Counted from the stretch's first letter, positions 44,730 to 53,308 are shown. The stretch: 64,000 nt of DNA from an uncultured Candidatus Saccharibacteria bacterium (GCA_964641015.1 CAZXJN010000004.1:2659-66658); one strand, 5' to 3'. Numbers and translations: made by a program. Notes: a model not told the origin generated them from the letters alone.

Positions 44730-46007
44730 ATGGAAGATGTTGTTTCCTTGGCTAAGCGCCGAGGCTTTATTTATCAAGGTTCTGAGGTTTATGGCGGTCT
44801 GAGCGGTACTTGGGATTACGGACCGCTCGGGTTGAGCCTGAAGCGCAACATCATGAATCTCTGGTGGGATATGTTCGTGGACGGCCGCGAGGACATGTAC
44901 GGCGTAGATGCGGCAATATTAATGAACCAGAAAGTCTGGCAGGCGAGCGGGCATGTCGATACATTTACTGATCCGCTGGTAGAGTGCCGCGAATGCAAGG
45001 CGCGTTTTCGCGAGGATCAAATCGACACCAGCAAGTGTCCGAACTGCGGCAAAGAGGGCACGTTCTCTGAGGCCCGCCAGTTCAACATGATGTTCAAGAC
45101 TAGTGTCGGTCCGGTAGACGACGAGTCATCGGTATCGTACCTGCGGCCGGAGACTGCCCAGGGAATTTTCACCAATTACCACAACGTAGTTGATAGCTTT
45201 TACCCTGACATGCCGTTTGGTATTGCGCAGATCGGCAAAGCGTTCCGCAACGAGATTAGTCCGCGTGATTTTATTTTCCGCTCCAGGGAGTTTGAGCAAA
45301 TGGAAATCGAGTATTTTGTTCATCCAGACAACTGGGAAGAGTCATTTGAGCATTGGCGGAAGGCCGTTTGGGAGTGGCTAAGGGCTATGGGCCTGCCAGA
45401 GGATAAAGTTCACGAACTCGAAGTGCCCGACGAAGAGAGGGCGCACTACTCTAAGCGCACCATTGATTTTGAGTTCGATTACCCCATCGGCCGCAAAGAA
45501 TTGCTCGGCTTGGCGTATCGGACAGATTTCGATCTGATGAATATCCAGACTCATTCCGGCAAAAGCATGGAATATACCGTGAAGGGTACGAATGAAAAAT
45601 TTGTTCCACATGTGATTGAGCCAAGCTTTGGGGTGGAGCGGGCAATAATGGCGGTGCTGACTTCATCCTACCGCCAGGATGAGCAAAACGGTGAAAAACG
45701 CGTATACCTAGCGCTTCCGCATAAATTGGCCCCGGTAAAATACTGCGTATCACCACTGCTTAAAAACAAGCCGGAGCTGGTAGAAAAAGCCCGCGAAGTC
45801 TACCGCGAATTAAAGAAAAAGCACGGCGCCGTCATGTGGGACGACAACGGCAATATCGGCAAGCGTTATCGCCGCCAGGATGAAATCGGTACACCGTACT
45901 GTGTAGTGATTGATTTTGACACTTTAGAAGACGGTACGGTGACTGTTCGTGACCGCGATACCACTGAGCAAAAACGCGTCGCAATAGGCGAAATCACCGA
46001 AGCGTAG
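44730..46007 (+). CDS. glyQS: Glycyl-tRNA synthetase (alpha2 dimeric type)
   Basis: The conserved core begins MEDVVSLAKRRGFIYQGSEVYGGLSGTWDYGPLG, with FRNEISPR in motif 2. Track ORF start 44631 would add 33 non-conserved residues spanning the hairpin. Confidence 0.9.
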   Translation: MEDVVSLAKRRGFIYQGSEVYGGLSGTWDYGPLGLSLKRNIMNLWWDMFVDGREDMYGVDAAILMNQKVWQASGHVDTFTDPLVECRECKARFREDQIDTSKCPNCGKEGTFSEARQFNMMFKTSVGPVDDESSVSYLRPETAQGIFTNYHNVVDSFYPDMPFGIAQIGKAFRNEISPRDFIFRSREFEQMEIEYFVHPDNWEESFEHWRKAVWEWLRAMGLPEDKVHELEVPDEERAHYSKRTIDFEFDYPIGRKELLGLAYRTDFDLMNIQTHSGKSMEYTVKGTNEKFVPHVIEPSFGVERAIMAVLTSSYRQDEQNGEKRVYLALPHKLAPVKYCVSPLLKNKPELVEKAREVYRELKKKHGAVMWDDNGNIGKRYRRQDEIGTPYCVVIDFDTLEDGTVTVRDRDTTEQKRVAIGEITEA

Positions 46008-46083
46008 ACCCTGCGCTGCTGTAGTGTGCATAAATCAAATATATCTGCGGTTTTAGCAAGTGTAAAACGAAGAAGCAAGATTT

Positions 46084-46623
46084 ATGAATACATATGAAAA
46101 CAAACTAAATACCACATTTGAAATACCTACCGTAGAGCATTTGGATATCATAGCTGCTGCAATCGTGCGCACGGCGGAAGTTGCAGAAGGAGCAGAGGTG
46201 TTTGTATCAAAAGAAAAGCGCCTGATGCACGTGCTGGTTGACAGGCTAGAGGGTTTTGTGGGGGATTGGACATGGCCTCTCGTATCGCGTGGTTTGTACG
46301 CAACTATCCAGCTCACAAACGAAGGTAAAGCAGTAAAATCGGTTTTGTATCAGCAAATAGTAAGGAAGGGCATGCCAGAAACGACCATTCAGCATGAGTA
46401 CGAGCTAGAGTCAGCCGAAGATCAGGTTATTGTATTTGGCCAAGGCGTAAAGGTTATTCCACGGGTTCCGGAAGAAATATCTCCCGTTAATCAGTCTTTA
46501 GTCGGCTATGTTCAAGCCAGCGAAGGTGCCGTTCGAATTGAGCAGGACTTTGGGGAAAACCAGGAGATGTATGTCCAGGACTGCGATTTCTTATTCGACA
46601 ACATCACTTCTTTCTGGAAATAG
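46084..46623 (+). CDS. Hypothetical protein (179 aa)
   Basis: Clean ORF with no motif recognised. Confidence 0.5.
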   Translation: MNTYENKLNTTFEIPTVEHLDIIAAAIVRTAEVAEGAEVFVSKEKRLMHVLVDRLEGFVGDWTWPLVSRGLYATIQLTNEGKAVKSVLYQQIVRKGMPETTIQHEYELESAEDQVIVFGQGVKVIPRVPEEISPVNQSLVGYVQASEGAVRIEQDFGENQEMYVQDCDFLFDNITSFWK

Positions 46624-46739
46624 CCCTCTAATAATTGACAGCAAAATTTAAACTAATGCGGCAAAACCCCGCTGACTTTCAAATGGGACGTAAGATTTTT
46701 TACATAATTTAGGCCCAAGCTCCAGCTACACTCGTTCAT

Positions 46740-47204
46740 ATGAACAAAATTCTGAAACCTCTAGGAACGGTGACCCTCACGAACCTCGCCGGAATAATTG
46801 GCAGTTTTGCCACCCGAGCTAATATTCCGGATTGGTACCAATATCTGGAGAAGCCGCCGTTCAATCCGCCGTCGTGGGTTTTTGGGCCTGTGTGGACAGC
46901 GCTCTATACGCTCATGGGTATTTCGCTTTATCTTGTGATGCAGTCAGGCGTGCGCAGCAAAACTCGTGCTTATGCAGCGTTTAGCGTACAGCTGGTGCTG
47001 AATGCATTGTGGAGCTTTGCATTTTTTGGAGCCAAAAGTCCAGAGCTTGGCATAGTTGTTATCCTGCCGCTGCTTGTTGCAATTGCCTGGACGATGTATG
47101 AGTTTAACAGGATAAATAAAAAGGCCGCCTGGCTGCTGCTGCCTTATCTGGCGTGGACCAGTTTTGCCACAGTGCTCACCATCTCTATAGCCATGCTGAA
47201 CTAG
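46740..47204 (+). CDS. tspO: TspO/MBR tryptophan-rich sensory protein
   Basis: Five TM helices with PPFNPPSWVFGPVWTALYTLMGISLYLV and a W-rich C-terminal half. Confidence 0.85.
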   Translation: MNKILKPLGTVTLTNLAGIIGSFATRANIPDWYQYLEKPPFNPPSWVFGPVWTALYTLMGISLYLVMQSGVRSKTRAYAAFSVQLVLNALWSFAFFGAKSPELGIVVILPLLVAIAWTMYEFNRINKKAAWLLLPYLAWTSFATVLTISIAMLN

Positions 47205-47206
47205 CA

Positions 47207-47235
47207 TTGCAAAATACAATAAATTATGCTATAAT
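47207..47235 (+). promoter_or_regulatory. Sigma70-type promoter with extended -10 upstream of the high-GC ORF
   Basis: TTGCAA (47207-47212), 17-nt spacer, TGcTATAAT (-10 at 47230-47235). Confidence 0.55.
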
Positions 47236-47305
47236 CTTATATAATTGAGGTAATTTTTGCCTTGATTGAACCTATCAGCGACTACCGACAGAAAGAAGTA
47301 TAACA

Positions 47306-47728
47306 TTGGCTTCTGCAGAGGAGCTCAAGATCGAGGGATACGTGGAGTACCGCGAGCTCGTCGATCTCGTGGCAGCTGCTGTCCGCATGCACCCCAGCAC
47401 GGTGCGCAACTGGCTGCTGCTTCCAATCAGGAAGGTCAGGGGGCTCATGATCCAGGAAGAGATGATCGTCCAGCCGGATGACCGCACCTGGACCTGCCTC
47501 TACTCGGCTGAGGCCCAGTACTTCTTGACTGCATTCATGAAGTGGCACCGCTTCGGCGCCCGTCACTCCATGGTGCAGGTTGTGAACTTCTACAACGATT
47601 TCATGCAGGGGGCGGATTGCGCTCTTGCATGGCTGCCCAAGGGCATGCGCAAGCGTTTCGAATCGAATCTTCATCCGGGTCAGCTCGGAGCTGTGCAGGC
47701 GATGCCCACTCTGGCGCTCGTTTGCTGA
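47306..47728 (+). CDS. Hypothetical protein encoded by a high-GC, GC3-rich insert (140 aa, TTG start)
   Basis: Strong G/C third-position bias in this frame only. Shadow ORFs on both strands. In-frame stop at 47267-47269. Confidence 0.5.
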   Translation: MASAEELKIEGYVEYRELVDLVAAAVRMHPSTVRNWLLLPIRKVRGLMIQEEMIVQPDDRTWTCLYSAEAQYFLTAFMKWHRFGARHSMVQVVNFYNDFMQGADCALAWLPKGMRKRFESNLHPGQLGAVQAMPTLALVC

Positions 47729-47918
47729 TGGGTACGGGGCGGTGGCGCAAGGCGTGGTCATATGAAAGAGATTATTTCGGGCAACCGAAGTAGCATTAAA
47801 AATCTCATACCCTATGACTTCTCCTGCGCCGCCGCCCTAAAACCTAAATTTATAACTTGCAATACTTATCACCTAGAACCTACACTGTAGGTATATTTAT
47901 TACGAAAACAGGACTCCT

Positions 47919-48548
47919 ATGCGACCTTTCCGAAAGAAAAAACCAGCCAAAAAGCTTGCAAACTATGCATTTATTGACAGTCAGAATCTAAACCTTGGCA
48001 CCCAAAAAATGGGCTGGAAGATGGATTGGAAAAAATTCCGCGAATGGCTGAAGGCCGAATATAATGTCGAGAAAGCCTTCATGTTCATCGGCTACATGCC
48101 GGACCACGAAAAGCTGTATGACCAGCTTCATTCACAAGGATATTTAGTGGTATTAAAGCCGACACTCGAGATGTTTCATGACCACGAGCTGGAAGCGGAG
48201 AGGGCCAAAGAAGCCGGACTGCCTGAAAAGGAAAAGATTGCGGTAAAGGGAAATATCGATGCCGACCTCGTGCTTCATGTTATGAAAGAGTACAAAAACT
48301 ATGAAAAAGCCGTGATAATTTCTGGTGACGGTGATTTTTACACGATGCTGGAGTATCTAGACCAGCAGGGCAAGCTGCTGAAGCTGTTAACCCCAAACTG
48401 GCAGTACTCCAGCTTGCTAAAGCCTTTTGAAAAATACATCGTGCGCCTTGATCAAAAACGCAGTGAACTCAGGTATCCTGACTATCGCCGCCGGGCAAAT
48501 GGCCGCAGCAGCAGCTCAAAGTCCCGCAAACCAAAATCCAAAAAGTAA
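47919..48548 (+). CDS. NYN/LabA-like (PIN-fold) nuclease-domain protein with polybasic tail
   Basis: AFIDSQNLNLG, KGNIDADLVLHVM and VIISGDGDFYTML. Tail RRRANGRSSSSKSRKPKSKK. Confidence 0.75.
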   Translation: MRPFRKKKPAKKLANYAFIDSQNLNLGTQKMGWKMDWKKFREWLKAEYNVEKAFMFIGYMPDHEKLYDQLHSQGYLVVLKPTLEMFHDHELEAERAKEAGLPEKEKIAVKGNIDADLVLHVMKEYKNYEKAVIISGDGDFYTMLEYLDQQGKLLKLLTPNWQYSSLLKPFEKYIVRLDQKRSELRYPDYRRRANGRSSSSKSRKPKSKK

Positions 48549-48612
48549 TATTTACATCCAGCTACCCCTGGATGGACTATCAAGTCGTCGCTATACCAGA
48601 TAAAATAGAGGC

Positions 48613-50154
48613 ATGACCCAAAACGAGGCGCTTGCACTGCTGGAATCCGGCCAGTCAGTTTTACTGACGGGCGCGGCCGGCGCCGGCAAAACTTATCTGT
48701 TAAATACATTTATCCGCCGGGCGCGGGCTGATGGCAAAGCGGTGGCTGTTACTGCCACTACGGGCCTCGCAGCCACGCATCTGAACGGTACGACTATTCA
48801 CGCCTGGTCGGGTATTGGCGTGCGTGATGGCCTGGATGGCATGTTTTTTAATAAAATCAGCAAGCAGCGCGCCGAGCTGATTGCTAAGGCCGATATATTA
48901 ATTATCGATGAAATCAGTATGCTGCATGATTTTCGGCTGGATATGGTAGAAGAAATTACTCGTACGCTGCGTGGCGGCGATCGGCCATTCGGCGGCCTGC
49001 AGGTAGTACTGTGCGGAGATTTCTTTCAGCTGCCTCCGGTGAACCGTTCGGATGCTCGTCAGGGAAGCTTTATAACCGAGTCAAACACGTGGCTTAACAG
49101 CGTGTTTGAAGTGTGCTACCTAGAGGAGCAGTTTCGCCAGAGCGACGACGAGCTTTACAGCACGATTCTAAACGGCATCAGGGCAGGCCAGCTTACTCGC
49201 AGCCAGCTGGATGCATTGCAGGCACGCAGCCGGGCTACCGCTGATCCATTCACCCCCCGAACACGGCTGCTGACTACCAATGTTGATGTCGATACAATCA
49301 ACCATGTGCATCTGGACGAACTGGAGGCTGACGAGGTGGAGTATGAGATGGAGGCAACCGGCAGCAAAAAATATATTGAGCAGCTCAAGAAGTCCTGCCT
49401 GGCACCAGAGATGTTGCGGCTAAAGCGCGGGGCGGTTGTGATGTGTATCAAAAATTCCGCGGATAAGAAATATGTGAACGGCAGCCTGGGCGTGGTTGAG
49501 GATTTTGAGCCAGGCAGTGATTATCCTGTAGTCAAGCTGACGAATGGCCGCGAGGTGACTATCAAGCCTGAGAGTTGGGAGCTGATAGACGGTGACAAGC
49601 GGCGCGCCACATTGACACAGCTGCCGCTGCGGCTAGCCTGGGCGATTACCGTGCACAAAAGCCAGGGCATGACGCTGGATTCGGCACGAATTGATCTCAG
49701 CAAGGCGTTCGTAGAGGGTATGGGCTACGTTGCTCTTAGCCGGGTGCGTCGTCTGCCTGATTTGGTTCTGGATGGTATGAATGGCATGGCGCTGCGCACA
49801 AGTCCCTTGGCTCGCAATTTGGATATTGAGCTGCGCGCCCGCAGCAAGGATGCCTTTGATCGCAACCGCAAAACTATTGATCTGTGGAATATCCAGGAAG
49901 AAGAACGTAAAAAAGCACCACCAAAACCTGCGGCAAAAAAGGGCAGCAGCTGGGCCGACCGGCTTGATACAATGCGAAAAGACTACCCAAACGCGTATAA
50001 ATCCTGGACTGAGGAAGATGACATAAAACTAGTAAAGCTATTTGGTGCTGAGAACACGGTTAAACAGATGAGTAATCTTATGGGTCGCCATCCTGGATCT
50101 ATCCGCGCACGACTCAAAAAGCACTTCGGCGACACGGTAGTATTCAAAAAATAA
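48613..50154 (+). CDS. Pif1/RecD-family SF1 helicase with C-terminal HTH-like module
   Basis: Walker A LLTGAAGAGKTY, Walker B LIIDEISML, QLPPV and AITVHKSQGMTLD. C-terminal SWTEEDDIKLVKLFG...MGRHPGSIRARLKKH. Confidence 0.8.
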   Translation: MTQNEALALLESGQSVLLTGAAGAGKTYLLNTFIRRARADGKAVAVTATTGLAATHLNGTTIHAWSGIGVRDGLDGMFFNKISKQRAELIAKADILIIDEISMLHDFRLDMVEEITRTLRGGDRPFGGLQVVLCGDFFQLPPVNRSDARQGSFITESNTWLNSVFEVCYLEEQFRQSDDELYSTILNGIRAGQLTRSQLDALQARSRATADPFTPRTRLLTTNVDVDTINHVHLDELEADEVEYEMEATGSKKYIEQLKKSCLAPEMLRLKRGAVVMCIKNSADKKYVNGSLGVVEDFEPGSDYPVVKLTNGREVTIKPESWELIDGDKRRATLTQLPLRLAWAITVHKSQGMTLDSARIDLSKAFVEGMGYVALSRVRRLPDLVLDGMNGMALRTSPLARNLDIELRARSKDAFDRNRKTIDLWNIQEEERKKAPPKPAAKKGSSWADRLDTMRKDYPNAYKSWTEEDDIKLVKLFGAENTVKQMSNLMGRHPGSIRARLKKHFGDTVVFKK

Positions 50155-50206
50155 AAAGCTCATGCTTGTATCGAAAGCACAACTATAGAAGAATAGACAA
50201 CTAAAT

Positions 50207-50827
50207 ATGGCAAGTGATGCGCAACAGTATAATCGTGCGGTAGAGAAGTGGAGAGTGCTTGAAGAAGATAAGTTCTTCAGCCGGCCAGCTGCTGAGGGGG
50301 TGGTGGGGATTTTGTGCTCTTATTGGCCTCTAAACTCCGACACGTATCAAGCGGGTAAAAAAGAAGTAAAAAACAAAAAAATACTAAGAAAAGAGGCGCT
50401 AAAGATAGCTGATATCACAAACGAGCGAGGAAATGACACCGAGCTGGTATTAAATGCGCACACAAGTGATTTCTTTGACTTGCTAAAAGACCCAAAAATT
50501 AGCGACCTGATACTCGTAGGCAATGGAAATTTTTCCAGCTTTTATTTACCCGACTCAGATATCAGCTGGGCTGATGTGGGGCGGGAGTCAGATCATCTCA
50601 AGCAGGGTGATTTTGTGCAGCGGCACTGCGGATTCTTCGCGAGAAACTTGTCCGTACCTCTTGGCATGTTTGCCGTACGTAACTTATCAAGCGTGCATGC
50701 TGCTGCGGGTTACTATATCTATCCTAAGGGGTTAAATCATCCGCATGCAGGTCTGATCCAGCCGGTATTTGAAGACGGCTATTTGCCAGACTATGAGGAC
50801 ATAAAAAGATGGTTCCCAAAACCCTAA
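50207..50827 (+). CDS. Hypothetical protein (206 aa)
   Basis: Clean ORF 52 nt after the helicase gene. No motif recognised. Confidence 0.5.
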   Translation: MASDAQQYNRAVEKWRVLEEDKFFSRPAAEGVVGILCSYWPLNSDTYQAGKKEVKNKKILRKEALKIADITNERGNDTELVLNAHTSDFFDLLKDPKISDLILVGNGNFSSFYLPDSDISWADVGRESDHLKQGDFVQRHCGFFARNLSVPLGMFAVRNLSSVHAAAGYYIYPKGLNHPHAGLIQPVFEDGYLPDYEDIKRWFPKP

Positions 50828-50872
50828 AGCCTAGAGAGAATACGGTAGCGGTTTGCTACAATAGGGGATGAT

Positions 50873-52159
50873 ATGGCAAAAACACCCACACGATCTCAAA
50901 AAAAAGCTCTCACTGAGTATAGTTTTCCAAAAAATTTTCTGTGGGGAGCAAGCACGGCTGGCCATCAGGTAGAGGGCGGTAACTACGACCAGTGGACAGT
51001 GTATGAGCTTGATAATGCAGCTGAGCTAGCCCGGACGGCTGCCGATCGTCTGCGTTGGCTGCCTGACTGGCTGGAGTTTCGTGATCAGGCCGAGGATCCA
51101 GACAATTACGTATCGGGCAAAGGCGTAGATCACTGGCGGCGCTACAAGGAAGATTTTCGGATTTTGAAGAAGCTGAACCTCAATTCTTTTCGGTTTGGCA
51201 TTGAGTGGAGCCGTATTGAGCCTGACCAGGGCGTATGGGACAAGACGGCAATTGACCACTACCACAATTACATCCAAGAGCTCAAAAAGCAGGGAATCGA
51301 GCCCATTATCAACCTCTGGCACTGGACGCAGCCGGTGTGGTTTGAGGAGCAGGGCGGTTTCAGCAAAGGCGCCAATATCAAACATTTTCTGCGGTTCGTG
51401 ACCAAGATATCTGAAGAGTTTGGCAGCGACATAACGTATATTCTCACCATCAACGAGCCTAATGTCTACAGCTCGTTCGGCTATCTGACAGGCGAATGGC
51501 CGCCGCTGCAGAAGAATCCGTTGCGTTTCATGATGACGTACTACAATCTCGCACGCGCACACCGAGAGGCCTACAAAATTCTCAAGGGGATGCACCCGCA
51601 TCTTTTGGTTGGCGCAGCACCGCAGTACAGCAATGCCGTGCCCAAGCGGCCGAACCACTGGCTGGATAAACAGGTGGCAACAGTAGTGAACTATTTCTGG
51701 AACTGGTGGTGGACCAATCGGATTATTAATTACACAGACTTCATTGGGTTCAACTACTACTTCACAGATTATTACCAAGGGTTCCGAAAAGTGAATCCAC
51801 CTAAGCCCCATAACGACCTGGGCTGGTATATGGAGCCGGCTGCGCTCGCCGATGTGATTACCGCCGCTTGGATTCGCTACCAAAAGCCAATACTTATTAC
51901 CGAGAACGGGCTTGCGGATGCAAACGACGCGTATCGGCAGTGGTGGCTGGAGGAGACAATGCAGGCGCTCATGGTAGCTCGTCACGCCGGAGCTGACGTG
52001 ATTGGCTATCTGCACTGGAGCCTGCTTGATAATTTTGAATGGAAGTACGGCTGGTGGCCGAAGTTCGGGCTAATCAAGGTTGATCGCGAGCGTGATATGA
52101 AGCGGCTGGTTCGTCCGAGTGCGGTCTGGTGGGCGAAGGAGTTAGGAAAACTCAAGTAA
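50873..52159 (+). CDS. Glycoside hydrolase family 1 (beta-glucosidase-like)
   Basis: FLWGASTAGHQVEGG, acid/base TINEPNVY and nucleophile ITENG. Confidence 0.9.
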   Translation: MAKTPTRSQKKALTEYSFPKNFLWGASTAGHQVEGGNYDQWTVYELDNAAELARTAADRLRWLPDWLEFRDQAEDPDNYVSGKGVDHWRRYKEDFRILKKLNLNSFRFGIEWSRIEPDQGVWDKTAIDHYHNYIQELKKQGIEPIINLWHWTQPVWFEEQGGFSKGANIKHFLRFVTKISEEFGSDITYILTINEPNVYSSFGYLTGEWPPLQKNPLRFMMTYYNLARAHREAYKILKGMHPHLLVGAAPQYSNAVPKRPNHWLDKQVATVVNYFWNWWWTNRIINYTDFIGFNYYFTDYYQGFRKVNPPKPHNDLGWYMEPAALADVITAAWIRYQKPILITENGLADANDAYRQWWLEETMQALMVARHAGADVIGYLHWSLLDNFEWKYGWWPKFGLIKVDRERDMKRLVRPSAVWWAKELGKLK

Positions 52160-52281
52160 CACAGCCTAAGTGCGCACGTATTTTGAGAGCGGTAGCAAGG
52201 GTATCGTGGTGTTTCAAGGCACACCAGGAGACTGCACATGGTTGCAATACTGGTGAAATAATATGCTGGCAGAAAATAAGC

Positions 52282-52310
52282 TTGACAAAAACATAAGCAT
52301 AATGTATAAT
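52282..52310 (+). promoter_or_regulatory. Consensus sigma70-type promoter
   Basis: TTGACA (52282-52287), 17-nt spacer, TATAAT (52305-52310). The predicted transcript start lies within a few nt of ATG 52321. Confidence 0.6.
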
Positions 52311-52320
52311 GCTAATCACT

Positions 52321-52719
52321 ATGAATGAAATAAACAAAAACCCACACCCAGAACAAAACACAGAACAGTTAGAAGATGTAGTAAAGGCTGCTGAAGAGTT
52401 TGGTATGCCGCCGCGTACCACCCATCAAAAAGAAGCCGATCGTACTCGCGTGCAAATGAGCTATGACCTAGCCGTTAGAAAAGGCTTCTTCGATAAACCA
52501 GAGGATAAGGAAAAAGAGAATGGCAAGGCTCGTAAGGCGCTAGCAGTTGGTGCGGCAGCTGTTGCGGCGACCGGCATGATGTATAAGGCAGCTGACTATG
52601 CTTTTGAGGGTCGCTCAGAGGTTGATGACCTCGTGCACTACGTAGAGGGTCGTACGCCGAATGATTTGAATCCAAACCCGAGCCAAGAGACTATTGAAGT
52701 CGAGGCGCCAGAAAAGTAA
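52321..52719 (+). CDS. Hypothetical acidic protein with one central hydrophobic segment
   Basis: Start set at ATG 52321 because track start 52309 lies inside the -10 hexamer. ALAVGAAAVAATGMMY hydrophobic stretch. Confidence 0.5.
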   Translation: MNEINKNPHPEQNTEQLEDVVKAAEEFGMPPRTTHQKEADRTRVQMSYDLAVRKGFFDKPEDKEKENGKARKALAVGAAAVAATGMMYKAADYAFEGRSEVDDLVHYVEGRTPNDLNPNPSQETIEVEAPEK

Positions 52720-52835
52720 TTTCTACCCTAGCGTATTTTAAAAATTGTCATACACCATATGTAGCGTGGTTATACACATGCTCTGCAAATCTGTGGAAAA
52801 CACGGTCACATAAGCGTAAATATCACCAAAAAGAC

Positions 52836-52889
52836 TTGCAAGTGGGTAGGGGTGGGTAGTATGCTCTTGGTAGTGGGTAAATGTGGGTA
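52836..52889 (+). promoter_or_regulatory. mraZ promoter with four phased GTGGGTA boxes (candidate MraZ operator)
   Basis: TTGCAA (52836-52841), 18-nt spacer, TATGCT (52860-52865). GTGGGTA boxes at 52842, 52852, 52873 and 52883. Confidence 0.55.
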
Positions 52890-52954
52890 GCCAAAATAAG
52901 CTACCAGTAAAGTAAAAACAAAAACCACTAACGTTAACACTAAAAGGACTGCAG

Positions 52955-53308
52955 GTGGACTATTTCGAAAGGAAACTCGACGACAAGAGACGGCTGACTA
53001 TACCAGCTGATTTGCGCGCCGAGTTTGCCAGCGGAGTAGTCATTACCCGAGGGTTCAAGGATTATCTGCACCTCTACCCGAAAGCGGTATGGGACGAAGA
53101 TGTCGAGCCAGAGCTCAAAGGATCTATTCTGGACGAGCGAACGGCTGATCTCAACGTTCAATTTCGGATGGGCCGGGTCGAGGGCGTCATAGACGACAAG
53201 CAGGGCCGAATCACCTTCGAGCAGCATCATTTGGATTATGCAGGTATTTCAAAAGATGTGGTTGCGGTCAGGGCAGGGCGCTACTGGCGGATTCAGGCGA
53301 AGTCCTGA
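52955..53308 (+). CDS. mraZ: Transcriptional regulator MraZ (short, 117 aa)
   Basis: Two SpoVT/AbrB-like half-repeats, LDDKRRLTIPADLR and IDDKQGRITFEQHHLDYAGI. First gene of the dcw cluster. GTG start. Confidence 0.75.
   Translation: MDYFERKLDDKRRLTIPADLRAEFASGVVITRGFKDYLHLYPKAVWDEDVEPELKGSILDERTADLNVQFRMGRVEGVIDDKQGRITFEQHHLDYAGISKDVVAVRAGRYWRIQAKS

Noticed and set aside
44577-44730. T-box riboswitch upstream of glyQS
   Set aside because: The leader is only about 100 nt. It lacks a recognisable specifier loop with a GGC codon context, the T-box consensus sequence, and a terminator/antiterminator pair with a U-tract.
47282-47761. 159-aa minus-strand ORF in the high-GC island, a possible overlapping antisense gene
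   Set aside because: Third-position G/C bias fits the plus frame 47306-47728. Long antisense ORFs are expected in stop-poor high-GC DNA. The product is His/Cys/Pro-rich and implausible.
51026-52015. 329-aa minus-strand ORF
   Set aside because: It lies entirely antisense to the GH1 glycosidase gene, which has unmistakable motifs (NEP, ITENG). The product is compositionally odd (P/R/V/H-rich), so this is a shadow ORF.
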